From: an uncultured Prevotella sp.
GTDB lineage: Bacteria; Bacteroidota; Bacteroidia; Bacteroidales; Bacteroidaceae
DNA: 64,000 bases
Assembly: GCA_900318395.1 (NCBI GenBank)
Contig: ONKL01000003.1
Location: 7,242-71,241 of the forward strand
Reading direction: 5' to 3'
The notes beneath the pieces are model-generated. The model did not search any database and had not been told where the DNA came from. It saw only the letters and a program-made list of their open reading frames with translations. Made by a program: the position numbers and the translations under genes. Of this stretch, positions 17,947 to 28,309 are shown piece by piece. How positions within the stretch are numbered: the stretch's first letter is position 1; each line of letters begins with the position of its first letter.

Positions 17947-19614
17947 ATGATAGAGAGATTTTTGAAGCAGACCAAGTTCACGTCTGTTGAAGATTACAAC
18001 AAGAACCTGGAGTTCATCATTCCCGAGAACTTCAACTTCGCCTACGATGTGATGGATGCGTGGGCTGAGGAGGCACCTGAGAAGCTCGCCCTCCTTTGGA
18101 CAAACGATCAGGGAGAAGAAATCCGTACTACATACGGAGAGTTGAAAGAGCAAAGCGACCAGGCAGCCAGCTACCTGCAGTCACTCGGCATCGGCAAGAA
18201 CGACCCCGTGATGCTGATCCTGAAGCGCCGCTATGAGTGGTGGGTAGTGATGCTTGCCCTCTGCAAGATTGGTGCCATCGTGATTCCTGCCACCCACATG
18301 TTGACGAAGAAAGACATTATCTATCGCAACACCCGTGCTTCTGTAAAAGCCATCATCTGTGTGGACGATGCATACGTAGTCAGTCAGATCCAGGCTGCCA
18401 TGTCTGAAAGTCCCACCGTGAAGCAGTATATCACCATCACGGATCACGGCAAGCCCATCCCCGAAGGGTTCCATGACTGGCAGAGTGAGTGGAAGAATGC
18501 GCCAAAGTTTGTGCGTCCTGCCTTCGTGAACGACAACAACGACACGATGATCATGTATTTCACCAGTGGCACGAGCGGTGAGCCCAAGATGGTAGCTCAC
18601 GACTATCTCTATGCAATGGGCCATTTGTCTACAGGTGTGTTCTGGCATAACCTCCATGAGGGGTCGCTCCATCTGACGGTAGCTGATACCGGTTGGGGCA
18701 AGGCTGTATGGGGTAAGTTCTATGGCCAGTGGTTTGCTGGTGCCACAGTCTTTGTGTTCGACCATGAGAAGTTTAATGCAGACACCCTGTTGCGCCAGAT
18801 TGAGAAATACAAGGTGACGAGCTTTTGTGCTCCTCCCACCATCTACCGCTTCATGATCCGTGAAGATCTGTCGAAATATGACCTTTCGAGTCTTGAGTAC
18901 TGCTGTACGGCTGGTGAGGCTCTGAATCCCGCTGTCTTCGAGAAGTTCTACGAGAAGACCGGCATCAAGATGATGGAGGGCTTCGGACAGACAGAGACCA
19001 CGATGACCCTTGGTACATTCCCCTGGATGGAGCCCAAACCAGGCAGCATGGGTATCCCCAATGCACAGTATGACATCGACTTGGTACGTGCCGACGGCAC
19101 TCCCTGCGAGGATGGTGAGAAAGGTGAGATTGTGGTTCGCGTAGGCGACCGCAAGCCCATCGGACTCTTCAAGGAATACTATCGCGACCCAGAGCTGACA
19201 CGCGAGGCTTGGCACGACGGACTCTACCACACTGGTGATATGGCCTGGCGCGACGAGGATGGCTACTACTGGTTTGAGGGGCGTATTGACGACGTGATCA
19301 AGTCGAGTGGTTATCGTATTGGTCCGTTTGAGGTTGAGAGTGCCCTGATGACGCACCCCGCCGTCGTAGAGTGTGCCATTACTGGTGTGCCCGACGATAT
19401 CCGTGGTATGGTGGTAAAGGCTACCATCGTTCTCGGCAAGGAGTGGAAAGACAAGGCAGGCGATGACCTCGTCAAGGAACTGCAGCAGCATGTGAAGAAG
19501 GTGACTGCGCCCTATAAGTATCCACGTATCATCGAGTTTGTCGACGAACTGCCGAAGACCATCAGCGGCAAGATCCGCCGTGTGGAGATTCGCAAGAAAG
19601 ATGCGGAGAAGTGA
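17947..19614 (+). CDS. AMP-binding acyl-CoA synthetase
   Basis: YFTSGTSGEPK, EGFGQTET, GRIDDVIKSSGYRIGPFEVE, LPKTISGKIRR. Confidence 0.93.
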   Translation: MIERFLKQTKFTSVEDYNKNLEFIIPENFNFAYDVMDAWAEEAPEKLALLWTNDQGEEIRTTYGELKEQSDQAASYLQSLGIGKNDPVMLILKRRYEWWVVMLALCKIGAIVIPATHMLTKKDIIYRNTRASVKAIICVDDAYVVSQIQAAMSESPTVKQYITITDHGKPIPEGFHDWQSEWKNAPKFVRPAFVNDNNDTMIMYFTSGTSGEPKMVAHDYLYAMGHLSTGVFWHNLHEGSLHLTVADTGWGKAVWGKFYGQWFAGATVFVFDHEKFNADTLLRQIEKYKVTSFCAPPTIYRFMIREDLSKYDLSSLEYCCTAGEALNPAVFEKFYEKTGIKMMEGFGQTETTMTLGTFPWMEPKPGSMGIPNAQYDIDLVRADGTPCEDGEKGEIVVRVGDRKPIGLFKEYYRDPELTREAWHDGLYHTGDMAWRDEDGYYWFEGRIDDVIKSSGYRIGPFEVESALMTHPAVVECAITGVPDDIRGMVVKATIVLGKEWKDKAGDDLVKELQQHVKKVTAPYKYPRIIEFVDELPKTISGKIRRVEIRKKDAEK

Positions 19615-19648
19615 GGAGTTAAGAGTTAAGAATTAAGAGTTAAGAGTT
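19610..19648 (+). repeat. heptamer simple repeat (AAGAGTT)n
   Basis: gagtt aagagtt aagaatt aagagtt aagagtt directly before the GTG start. Confidence 0.85.
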
Positions 19649-20008
19649 GTGGCAGCGCATAATGAACTGGGGAAGTGGGGCGAGGAGCTCGCAGCTGAGT
19701 TTGTAGAGAAACAAGGCTATGAGATTCTGGAACGCGACTGGAAGTCAGGACACCACGACCTCGACATTATAGCCAAAGACGGGGGCTCCCTCGTGATCAT
19801 CGAGGTGAAGACTCGTCGCAATAGGCTCTTCGGTAGCCCTGAGGAAGCCATCGACTATAAGAAGCGCCTCAGTCTGCTGTCTGCCATCAACCACTACGTG
19901 AAGTCGCACCACGTCAAATCACCCGTGCGCTTCGACGTCATCAGCATCGTCGGCACCATTGGCTCGACACCTGAGATAGATCATATCAAAGATGTTACAC
20001 TGAATTAA
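19649..20008 (+). CDS. yraN: YraN/UPF0102 family protein
   Basis: LGKWGEELA, GYEILERDW, DLDIIA, IEVKTR, RFDVISI. Confidence 0.9.
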   Translation: MAAHNELGKWGEELAAEFVEKQGYEILERDWKSGHHDLDIIAKDGGSLVIIEVKTRRNRLFGSPEEAIDYKKRLSLLSAINHYVKSHHVKSPVRFDVISIVGTIGSTPEIDHIKDVTLN

Positions 20009-20021
20009 GCGAAGAGTAAAA

Positions 20022-20795
20022 GTGAAAAGGATTGTTATTAAGGTAGGCTCAAACGTCCTGACGCGCAGCGACGGCAAACTCGATGTAACGCGGATGTCGG
20101 CACTCGTTGATCAGATTGCCTGGCTCAGGAAAAAGGATATCGAGGTCATCCTCGTATCATCAGGCGCCATGGCCTCTGGGCGTGGAGAGCTGAAAGTAGA
20201 CCACTCGCTCGACTCCGTGGAGCAGCGCCAGTTGTTCTCTGCCGTTGGTCAGGTAAAGCTCGTTGGACTTTATTACGACCTGTTCCGCGAGTTCAATATT
20301 CATGTAGGCCAAGTGCTCACCATGAAGGAGAACTTCGAGCCAGGGGAGCAGTATCGCAACCAGCGCGCCTGTATGACGGTGATGCTGGAGAACAACGTGC
20401 TGCCTATCGTGAATGAGAATGACACCGTCTCAGTGACAGAGCTGATGTTTACGGATAATGACGAGCTCTCAGGTCTCATCGCACAGATGATGCAGGCAGA
20501 CACCCTGATCCTGCTTTCGAATATCGACGGCATCTACACCACCCACCCCGACGATCCTCAAGCGGAACTGATCTGGGAAGTAGCCCCCGGGCGCGATCTC
20601 AGCGAATATATCCAGCCAGAGAAGAGTGCCTTCGGGCGTGGCGGCATGCACTCCAAGTACACCACAGCGAGCAAGGTGTCGCAGGCAGGTATCCGTGTGA
20701 TTATCGCCAATGGCGAGCGTGAGAATATCCTCCCCGACCTCATCGAGAACCTCGAAGCCACGCCCCACACAGAGTTTATCCCAAAGACTGAATAA
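20022..20795 (+). CDS. proB: glutamate 5-kinase (no PUA domain)
   Basis: [32 protein letters not shown]. Confidence 0.95.
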   Translation: MKRIVIKVGSNVLTRSDGKLDVTRMSALVDQIAWLRKKDIEVILVSSGAMASGRGELKVDHSLDSVEQRQLFSAVGQVKLVGLYYDLFREFNIHVGQVLTMKENFEPGEQYRNQRACMTVMLENNVLPIVNENDTVSVTELMFTDNDELSGLIAQMMQADTLILLSNIDGIYTTHPDDPQAELIWEVAPGRDLSEYIQPEKSAFGRGGMHSKYTTASKVSQAGIRVIIANGERENILPDLIENLEATPHTEFIPKTE

Positions 20796-20796
20796 T

Positions 20797-22038
20797 ATGC
20801 AACTGAAAGATACATTTGAGAAAGTAAAGCGCGCCAGCAAGAGTCTGGCCCTGCTGAGCGACGCTCAGCGCAACGACATCCTGAATGCCGTTGCCGATGC
20901 CATCATCAATAGTCAGGAGAGAATCCTTGAGGCCAATGCGCAGGATCTGGCCAAGATGTCAAAAGAGAATCCGCTGTACGACCGTCTGCAACTGACAGAG
21001 AGCCGTCTGAAAGGCATCGCTGCAGACATGCGCAACGTAGCCACACTGCCCTCACCCCTGGGACATATCACCAAGCAGAAGACGCTTCCCAACGGTCTGC
21101 GCCTTTGTCGCGTGAGTGTGCCTTTTGGTGTCATCGGCATGATTTATGAGGCACGCCCTAACGTGACGTTCGACGTCTTCTCGCTCTGTTTCAAGAGTGG
21201 CAACGCCTGTGTGCTGAAAGGCGGTAAGGATGCTGATTGCAGCAATCGCGAGGAAGTGGCTCTGATACATGAGATACTCGAGAAGTATGGTGTGTCGAAG
21301 GATGTCGTAGCACTGCTGCCCGCTACGCACGAGGCAACAGGAGAGATGCTGAATGCGGTGGGCTATGTAGACCTCTGCATCCCACGAGGAGGCCGTAAGC
21401 TCATCGACTTCGTGCGCGACACGGCTCGTATCCCCGTCATTGAGACGGGTGCAGGTGTGGTGAACACGTATTTCGACAAGGACGGTGATCTCGAGATGGG
21501 CAAGGCCATCATCAACAATGCCAAGACCCGCAGAGTCTCTGTCTGCAATGCGCTCGACTGCTTGCTTGTCCACCAAGACCGTCTGGGAGATCTCTACGAC
21601 CTGGTATCGCCTATGGCCGAGAAAAGTGTCATCATCTACGCTGACGAGAAGGCTTATGCCGCCCTCGACGGAAAATATCCGCTCTTGGAGCATGCCACCG
21701 AGGAGAGCTTCGGCACGGAGTTTATGGATTATAAACTTGCCATCAAGACCGTTGCCTCACTCGATGAAGCACTCGACCATATCGATGAAAACGGCTCTGG
21801 CCACAGTGAGGCCATCATAACAAAGAACGAAGTAACAGCCCGCCAGTTCCAGGCTCATGTAGATGCTGCCTGTGTATATTGGAATGCACCAACATCATTC
21901 ACCGATGGTGCACAGTTCGGACTTGGTGCAGAAATTGGTATCAGCACCCAGAAACTCGGTCCTCGCGGTCCGATGGCTTTGGAGGAAATATGTACCTACA
22001 AGTGGCTCATCGAGGGCGAAGGACAAACACGTCCTTAA
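20797..22038 (+). CDS. proA: gamma-glutamyl phosphate reductase
   Basis: [41 protein letters not shown]; start reset to ATG 20797. Confidence 0.95.
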   Translation: MQLKDTFEKVKRASKSLALLSDAQRNDILNAVADAIINSQERILEANAQDLAKMSKENPLYDRLQLTESRLKGIAADMRNVATLPSPLGHITKQKTLPNGLRLCRVSVPFGVIGMIYEARPNVTFDVFSLCFKSGNACVLKGGKDADCSNREEVALIHEILEKYGVSKDVVALLPATHEATGEMLNAVGYVDLCIPRGGRKLIDFVRDTARIPVIETGAGVVNTYFDKDGDLEMGKAIINNAKTRRVSVCNALDCLLVHQDRLGDLYDLVSPMAEKSVIIYADEKAYAALDGKYPLLEHATEESFGTEFMDYKLAIKTVASLDEALDHIDENGSGHSEAIITKNEVTARQFQAHVDAACVYWNAPTSFTDGAQFGLGAEIGISTQKLGPRGPMALEEICTYKWLIEGEGQTRP

Positions 22039-22074
22039 AAGGTAAAAAGGTAAAAAAGTAAAAAGGTAAAAAAG
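22037..22074 (+). repeat. octamer simple repeat (GTAAAAAG)n
   Basis: Fills the proA-argF gap. Confidence 0.85.
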
Positions 22075-22076
22075 AT

Positions 22077-23039
22077 ATGAAAAGTTTTATTAACGTACAG
22101 GATATCGGCCCGTTGGAGAAGGCGATGGCCGAAGCATTTGAGATTAAGAAAGAGCGTTTTAAGTATCAGCATCTGGGCAAGAACAAGACCCTCATGATGA
22201 TCTTCTTCAATAACAGTCTGCGTACCCGTCTATCCACGCAGAAGGCAGCTATGAACCTGGGCATGAACGTCATTGTGCTCGATGTGAATGCTGGTGCCTG
22301 GAAGCTGGAGACTGAGCGTGGTGTCGTGATGGATGGCGATAAGAGCGAACACCTGCTGGAGGCCATTCCGGTCATGGGCTGCTACTGCGACCTGATTGGT
22401 GTGCGCAGCTTCGCAGGACTTACCGACAGAGAGTACGACTACGCAGAAACCGTACTGAATCAGTTTATCAAATACAGCGGACGCCCTGTCTTCGCTATGG
22501 AGACAGCCACCGTACATCCCCTGCAGGCTTTTGCAGACCTCATCACCATCGAGGAGCACAAGACGGTAGAACGCCCGAAAGTGGTTCTGACTTGGGCGCC
22601 CCATTGTCGCGCTTTGCCACAGGCAGTACCTAATTCGTTTGCCCAGTGGATGAACGCTGCCAATGTCGATCTGGTCATCACCCATCCCGAAGGCTATGAA
22701 CTCGACCCGAAGTTCATTGGCAATGCCCGTGTGGAATACGATCAGAAGAAAGCTTTCGAAGGCGCTGACTTCATCTACGCCAAGAACTGGAGTAATCCTG
22801 GTGTGACGAACCCTGCCGACTATGGCAAGATCACCTCGAAGGATATGTCGTGGACGGTAGATACCGAACACATGTCATGGACCAACAACGGAAAGTTCCT
22901 CCACTGTCTGCCCGTGCGTCGTAATCTGATTGTTACCGACGATGTGATCGAATCGCCCAATAGTCTCGTTATTCCAGAAGCAGCCAATCGCGAGATCAGT
23001 TGTTCGGTAGTTATTAAACGAATGCTTGAAGCACTTTAG
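22077..23039 (+). CDS. argF: N-acyl (probably N-succinyl) ornithine carbamoyltransferase
   Basis: SLRTR, GDKSEH, HPLQ, HCLPVRR. Confidence 0.9.
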   Translation: MKSFINVQDIGPLEKAMAEAFEIKKERFKYQHLGKNKTLMMIFFNNSLRTRLSTQKAAMNLGMNVIVLDVNAGAWKLETERGVVMDGDKSEHLLEAIPVMGCYCDLIGVRSFAGLTDREYDYAETVLNQFIKYSGRPVFAMETATVHPLQAFADLITIEEHKTVERPKVVLTWAPHCRALPQAVPNSFAQWMNAANVDLVITHPEGYELDPKFIGNARVEYDQKKAFEGADFIYAKNWSNPGVTNPADYGKITSKDMSWTVDTEHMSWTNNGKFLHCLPVRRNLIVTDDVIESPNSLVIPEAANREISCSVVIKRMLEAL

Positions 23040-23041
23040 AC

Positions 23042-24082
23042 ATGATTTCATTCGAATGCGACTATAATAACGGCGCTTGCCAGCAGGTGATCGACAATCT
23101 GGTAAAATACAATAGTGCCAAGCCCACCCCCTATGGCTTCGACGAGTTCTCCGAGCGTGCTAAAGAGCGGATCCGCGAGGCCTGCGGATTGCCCGATGCC
23201 CAGATTTTCTTCCTGACAGGAGGAACACAGACTAATGCCACGACCATCGACTCGATGCTCTACCAGTATGAGGGCGTCATCTGCGTAGGAACGGGCCATA
23301 TCAACGTTCACGAAGCTGGTGCCGTGGAGTTTACGGAGCATAAGATCATCACCCTTCCTGACACAGCGGGAAAGATGGAGGCCAAGGTGCTCGACAAGTA
23401 TCTCGACGACTATATGCACGACGGTAACAAGGATCATGCCGTGCATCCAGGACTTGTGTATATCACCTTCCCCACCGAGTTTGGCACGCTTTACTCCGCC
23501 AAGGAGCTCGATAACATCTACCAGACTTGCCAGCGTTACGAGATACCGCTCTATATCGATGGCGCACGCCTGGGCTATGGCCTGATGGCTGAGGGAAGCG
23601 ACGTCACCCTCCCCTACCTCGCCCGCCACTGCGACGTGTTCTACATTGGCGGCACGAAGATTGGGGCGCTCTGTGGCGAGGCTGTGGTCTTCACTCATCA
23701 GAATGCCCACAAGCACTTCTTTTCCATCCAGAAGCAACATGGAGCCGTTATTGCCAAAGGCGCCCTGATAGGACTGCAGTTCGAAGCGCTGTTCACAGAC
23801 AATCTCTATTTCAAGCTCTCCGAGCACGCCATCAAGATGGCCATGCGGATGAAAGACATCTTTATCCGCAAAGGATATGAATTCTATGTGGATTCTCCTA
23901 CCAACCAGCAATTCGTGCTCCTCGATAATGAACAGGCAGAGAAACTTGCGCGCGAGGTGGAATTCTCACACTTTGGACAGACAGACAGGCATCACACCAT
24001 CTGTCGCTTTGTCACCAGCTGGGCCACGACGGAAGAGGAACTCGATGAACTGGAGCGAATAATTCAGACCCACAGTTCATAG
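23042..24082 (+). CDS. ltaE: low-specificity L-threonine aldolase family PLP enzyme
   Basis: GGTQTN, HINVHEAGA, DGARL, GGTKIG, RFVTSWAT. Confidence 0.88.
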   Translation: MISFECDYNNGACQQVIDNLVKYNSAKPTPYGFDEFSERAKERIREACGLPDAQIFFLTGGTQTNATTIDSMLYQYEGVICVGTGHINVHEAGAVEFTEHKIITLPDTAGKMEAKVLDKYLDDYMHDGNKDHAVHPGLVYITFPTEFGTLYSAKELDNIYQTCQRYEIPLYIDGARLGYGLMAEGSDVTLPYLARHCDVFYIGGTKIGALCGEAVVFTHQNAHKHFFSIQKQHGAVIAKGALIGLQFEALFTDNLYFKLSEHAIKMAMRMKDIFIRKGYEFYVDSPTNQQFVLLDNEQAEKLAREVEFSHFGQTDRHHTICRFVTSWATTEEELDELERIIQTHSS

Positions 24083-24147
24083 TTCTCCATGAGTGGACTC
24101 ATAACGTTCGTATGCCGCCTCTATTTCCGGTCGCTTTCTTAAATTTG

Positions 24148-24155
24148 TATTTTTG
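24148..24155 (+). promoter_or_regulatory. -7 promoter element
   Basis: TATTTTTG followed by CACC, upstream of ATG 24179. Confidence 0.65.
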
Positions 24156-24178
24156 CACCCAAAAAGTCACAATCGTTC

Positions 24179-25630
24179 ATGTTTCCATTCAGATTAGGCA
24201 GTATTTCTCGACGGAGCCAGGCGCCAGAGCGCAGCGCCGCAGGAGCATGGGGAGCCGTCATCCTCATGGTCACTATTGCCGTCTGGTGCTTCTTCCAGTT
24301 CTGCTATCCTTATCATTTCTTCTTTCAGGAGCAGAACCAGTTGTTTCTTTGGTCATCCGACTATCTCTCCACCTATTTCGAGAAGCCTGGAGGACTGGCA
24401 TTGCTCATTGGCGACTTCCTGACGCAGTTCTACTATTATCTGTTCGCTGGTTCCACGATTCTCTCACTCGTTCTGTTTCTCACGAGCACCTTATTATATA
24501 TATCGCTGAGAAACTTCAAGGTAAGCCGCCCCGTAGCCCTCTTGCTGGCATTGGCGGTCATGCTCTTTCTGGCCGTCTGTCATTTCAGCACCAGCTACCG
24601 CCTGTCATCCACCATCTCAATCTTAGGATGGATTTTGCTGCTCTGGATAGTTTCCATGATGAAAGGCTGGAAGCTTCGGGCTGTCATTCTCTGCTGTGGC
24701 CTGCTTCCTACCTGGCTGCTTTTCGGCGCGCCAAAAATCAAGCACATCCAGAAACCCGATTTCATACTGGAGAAAGATTTCGCCATCGACTGCGAGTATT
24801 ACTTCGGCAATCACGACAAAGTCATCCAGGAAGTGGAGAACGCCACCGAATGGACGGATCAGATGCTCTTCTTCTACAACCTTGTGCAAGCGCAAAGGGG
24901 AGAACTGCCCGACCATCTGATGAAGTTCACGCAAAACGTCCTGGGCACATTCTATAGAATCGGCCCCGAGACGCCCATGCTCACCATCCGCAATATGAAC
25001 GAGCTCTATTGGGTCTTGGGCGATATGACCTTTACAGAGCGAGCTGCCATGATGACAAATGTCTTCTCGCACAACAACAGGAATGTCCGCATGATACGTC
25101 GCCTGGCTGAGTGCAACTATGTCAGCGGCGATTCGCTCGCTGCCGAGAAATACCTGCGCATACTCGACAAGACGCTCGTCTACGACAAATGGGCCATGAA
25201 CGTACGCCAGCATGGAAAGCAGATCTACCGTGAGAAGATGCAGATGGTAAACCACCGCGACACCATCACCATTACCGACAACGCCCACTTCCTGATGATG
25301 CAGCTGCTCGATGCGAACCCTGGCAATATCGTTGCACTCGACTATATTCTCTGCAGCGACCTGTTGCTGAAAGACATCAGCAACTTCAAGCGCGACTACG
25401 ACCGCTATTGTATCGATACAGGCAGCCCCCGACTGAAAACGCTCTATCAGCAGGCACTTTGCATCTGGCTCGCAGGCTCGGATGCCCCACAGGAGGACTG
25501 GGAGAAATACATCCAGCGCGCTGACGTTTTCCAGATGTTCCAGCAATATAACCAGCAGCGAGGCCATCCACGCTTCAAGGGTACCTACTGGTATTACTTC
25601 GATAAGATGAAGACCCCGGAAGTTAAATAG
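24179..25630 (+). CDS. DUF6057-like multi-pass membrane protein with TPR-like C-terminus (paralog 1)
   Basis: YP....FQEQ.QLFL, PGGLA....FL.QFY, several TM helices, RLAE.N, AEKYL..L.KT..Y..WA. Confidence 0.8.
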   Translation: MFPFRLGSISRRSQAPERSAAGAWGAVILMVTIAVWCFFQFCYPYHFFFQEQNQLFLWSSDYLSTYFEKPGGLALLIGDFLTQFYYYLFAGSTILSLVLFLTSTLLYISLRNFKVSRPVALLLALAVMLFLAVCHFSTSYRLSSTISILGWILLLWIVSMMKGWKLRAVILCCGLLPTWLLFGAPKIKHIQKPDFILEKDFAIDCEYYFGNHDKVIQEVENATEWTDQMLFFYNLVQAQRGELPDHLMKFTQNVLGTFYRIGPETPMLTIRNMNELYWVLGDMTFTERAAMMTNVFSHNNRNVRMIRRLAECNYVSGDSLAAEKYLRILDKTLVYDKWAMNVRQHGKQIYREKMQMVNHRDTITITDNAHFLMMQLLDANPGNIVALDYILCSDLLLKDISNFKRDYDRYCIDTGSPRLKTLYQQALCIWLAGSDAPQEDWEKYIQRADVFQMFQQYNQQRGHPRFKGTYWYYFDKMKTPEVK

Positions 25631-25659
25631 TGAATAGTGAATAGTGAATAGTGAATAGT
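25627..25659 (+). repeat. heptamer simple repeat (GTGAATA)n
   Basis: Four perfect units immediately before ATG 25661. Confidence 0.9.
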
Positions 25660-25775
25660 TATGATTAGAAAAAGCATCAGTTTGAGAGGGATCATGAATG
25701 GGATAGTGATGGGAATACTTTTCACCTTTCACCTTTCACTTTTCACTTCCTGTACCCCGACACCAACGGATGTCG
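25657..25775 (+). repeat. 119-bp inverted repeat, copy A (partner 33030-33148)
   Basis: Hand alignment gives about 7 mismatches and no gaps. Confidence 0.9.
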
Positions 25776-27121
25776 CGACGCAGGACGCACTGCCCCCTAT
25801 CTATCCAGACTACTGCGACGTGACCATCCCTGAGAACATTGCACCGCTGAACTTCCTGATTCGTGAAGACTGCGAGGCTATCGAGGTGAAGGCTGGAGAA
25901 CTGACACTAAATGCCAGCGGCAACGAAGCCGTATTCGACATCGACGATTGGAAAGAGCTGATGCAACAGGCGGCCGACAAAGAGCTTGAAGTCACTGTCA
26001 CGGCACGCGTCCGTGGCAGATGGATACAGTACAAGCCCTTCCACTGGCACGTGGTGAGCGACAAGATCGACCCTTATCTCACCTATCGCCTCATCGAACC
26101 CGACTATGAGATCTGGAACAACATACAGATACAGCAGCGCTGCATAGAGAACTTCGACGTGAATGCCATCGGGCACTATGAGCAGCTGGAGAATCGCTGC
26201 ATGAACTGCCACACCTACGCAAGCCAGAATCCCGAACTCTCGATGATGTACGTCAGAGGCCCCGGTGGCGGAGCAATCCTGAATCGTAACGGCGAATTAA
26301 GCAAGCTGAACATTCCCGGTAGCGTCTATTTCGGATTCAGCCCCAGCGGGCGCTATATCACCTACTCTACCCAGAAGATTATACCTGCCTTCCACAGCGA
26401 CCCCAGCAAGCGCCTGGAGGTCTACGATGCCACCTCGAATGTCTTCGTGGCCGATATGGAGCATCAGAGGATCATCTCCTCGCCCCTGCTGAGCGACAGC
26501 CTGAAGTTCGAGACCTTCCCCACCTTCTCGCCTGACGGCAAGTACATCTATTACTGCGCTGCCGACAGCGTCAGCTTGCCGACAGACATCAAGTCCCTGC
26601 AATATCGCCTCGTGCGCATTCCCTTCGACGAGGCGGCAGGCACCATCGGCACTCAGGTGGATACACTTTCCACGATCAGATCATCCGTCTGTCATCCCCG
26701 CATCAGTCCTGATGGCCGTTTCCTGCTCTATACGATTGCAGATTATGGCACATTCCCCATCTGGCATCCCGAGGCAGACCTCCAGATGATGGATCTCGCG
26801 ACAAGTGCCGTCGACTCCCTTCAGATCGTGAACAGCCAGAAAAGCGACACCTATCATTCCTGGAGCAGTAACTCCCGCTGGTTTGTCTTCGCCTCGAAGC
26901 GAGACGACGGTCTCTACGGCAAGCCCTACTTCTGCTATATCGACAAGGAAGGCAAGGCGCACAAGCCATTCTGCCTGCCACAGGAGCACCCCGCATTCTA
27001 CGACAACAACCTGAAATCATTCAACGCCCCCGAGCTCGGCAAAGGCAAAGTGCCCTTCGATGTCAATGATGTGGCGAAGGCCATGAAACAGCCTTCTATA
27101 GAATTTACGAATCCTCTCTGA
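25661..27121 (+). CDS. TolB/PD40 beta-propeller lipoprotein with CxxCH motif (paralog 1)
   Basis: Lipobox FTSC; IYPDY..VTIP..IAPLNF; CMNCH; FSPDGK, ISPDGR, HSWSSNSRW repeats. Confidence 0.85.
   Translation: MIRKSISLRGIMNGIVMGILFTFHLSLFTSCTPTPTDVATQDALPPIYPDYCDVTIPENIAPLNFLIREDCEAIEVKAGELTLNASGNEAVFDIDDWKELMQQAADKELEVTVTARVRGRWIQYKPFHWHVVSDKIDPYLTYRLIEPDYEIWNNIQIQQRCIENFDVNAIGHYEQLENRCMNCHTYASQNPELSMMYVRGPGGGAILNRNGELSKLNIPGSVYFGFSPSGRYITYSTQKIIPAFHSDPSKRLEVYDATSNVFVADMEHQRIISSPLLSDSLKFETFPTFSPDGKYIYYCAADSVSLPTDIKSLQYRLVRIPFDEAAGTIGTQVDTLSTIRSSVCHPRISPDGRFLLYTIADYGTFPIWHPEADLQMMDLATSAVDSLQIVNSQKSDTYHSWSSNSRWFVFASKRDDGLYGKPYFCYIDKEGKAHKPFCLPQEHPAFYDNNLKSFNAPELGKGKVPFDVNDVAKAMKQPSIEFTNPL
26964..26997 (+). 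repeat. 34-bp direct repeat, copy 1 (copy 2 at 28527-28560)
   Basis: agcc(a/t)ttctgcctgccacag(g/a)agcaccccgcatt, 32/34 identical. Confidence 0.9.
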
Positions 27122-27221
27122 GACGACACATAGGCATTAGTTTGATAGTTCTACGGTCATGGGCAGCGACAACGGCAACGCTGGTGGCGGCAACGTCCAC
27201 GAAGGCGGAGTGGACGCGATG

Positions 27222-28259
27222 TCATAGCAGTTCTATCTTCTCAACCGTAAGTCCTGTGGCTTCTGCAATATCGCTGACAGACATTTCCATTTCTTTCAGT
27301 TTTCTTGCTATTACAATAGCCTTTTCTTTCTCGCCTTCTGCTCTTCCCTCTGCTCTTCCTTCTGCCCTTCCTTCTGCTCTTCCTTCAGCCCTTCCCTCTG
27401 CTCTTCCCTCTGCTCTTCCTTCAGCTCTTCCTTCAGCTCTTCCTTCGGCTCTTCCTTCTGCAAGAACTTTTTCACGCGCAAGCTTTATTTCCAGCATCTG
27501 AGTCCTGTACACATCAGCATCTCTGACCATAGTGTCAATATAATGATCGTATGCATGTTGCTGCTCCGGGCTCATTCGGAGATACTCTAAGCGCTCCTTA
27601 GCCTCCTTAAGCCCTGGAGCCTTGGTGTCTGGATTGATATATTCGTCTTTTAAGTATCTTATCCATTCTTCAAGATAATCAGTAGCAAGTTTGTTGAATT
27701 CGTTCACCCTTATAACGTAGTATTCGGGGAAGACATCTTCGGGAACCACTACTTTAAGGTCTTCGCGCTCATGTTCTGTAAGACTCAACTGGTCACCGTC
27801 ATGCACCCCTGTTAGTGTGGTCTGACCATGATACAGATAGTCCGTTCCCTCACCGAGCTTGAAATATAGGATGTTGATACTGAACACCTTCTTAACATGC
27901 TCATAAGACCTGCCTTTTTTCATGTGTTCAGTGATGACCTTGGCTACTCCATAAAGCATCCGCTGTAGATAATCTGTCTCTCGGGTTTGCTGAATCTCGA
28001 CGATAACAATCTCTCCCTTGGAGTTTTTGGCTTTAATGTCAACACGGTTGTACTTGTCGTCGCTCGATTCCTGATTCGATTCGCTGTCAAGCAACTCCAC
28101 GATAGTCACTTTCTCCTTTACCAATACAGAGATAAAGCCCTCGAACACCACAAAATCAGCCTTGCTGCGAAGTATGTTCTTCGCTGCCCAGTCAAAACGT
28201 ATGTACTTACTGTTACTCACCTTAACTCCTTTCTTTTGATCTTTACCTTTCTTTTCCAT
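27222..28259 (-). CDS. Rpn family recombination-promoting nuclease / PD-(D/E)XK putative transposase
   Basis: RFDWAAK, RVDIKAK, IVEIQ, RMLYG; EGRA repeats; C-terminal IAEATGLT HTH. Confidence 0.92.
   Translation of the reverse strand: MEKKGKDQKKGVKVSNSKYIRFDWAAKNILRSKADFVVFEGFISVLVKEKVTIVELLDSESNQESSDDKYNRVDIKAKNSKGEIVIVEIQQTRETDYLQRMLYGVAKVITEHMKKGRSYEHVKKVFSINILYFKLGEGTDYLYHGQTTLTGVHDGDQLSLTEHEREDLKVVVPEDVFPEYYVIRVNEFNKLATDYLEEWIRYLKDEYINPDTKAPGLKEAKERLEYLRMSPEQQHAYDHYIDTMVRDADVYRTQMLEIKLAREKVLAEGRAEGRAEGRAEGRAEGRAEGRAEGRAEGRAEGRAEGRAEGEKEKAIVIARKLKEMEMSVSDIAEATGLTVEKIELL
27334..27461 (-). repeat. 12-bp coding tandem repeat (EGRA), about 10-11 units
   Basis: Direct reading; synonymous variation between units. 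Confidence 0.95.
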
Positions 28260-28301
28260 AGTGTTTAGAATTTTGGATTAAACATTAAATGATTGCGGTT
28301 A

Positions 28302-28309
28302 CAAAGATA
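28302..28309 (-). promoter_or_regulatory. -7 promoter element for the Rpn gene
   Basis: CAAAGATA on + strand equals TATCTTTG. Confidence 0.65.

Noticed and set aside
20022-20795. proB as a truncated pseudogene
   Set aside because: PUA-less glutamate 5-kinases are known; motifs are intact and the gene is coupled to proA.
27160-27220. Gly-rich GSDNGNAGGGN fragment resembling an HU-like protein tail, plus a CGTCCAC/GTGGACG hairpin
   Set aside because: No supporting ORF; the hairpin may simply terminate the convergent genes.
27142-27501. (PSAL)n repeat protein on the plus strand
   Set aside because: Antisense reading of the Rpn EGRA repeat.
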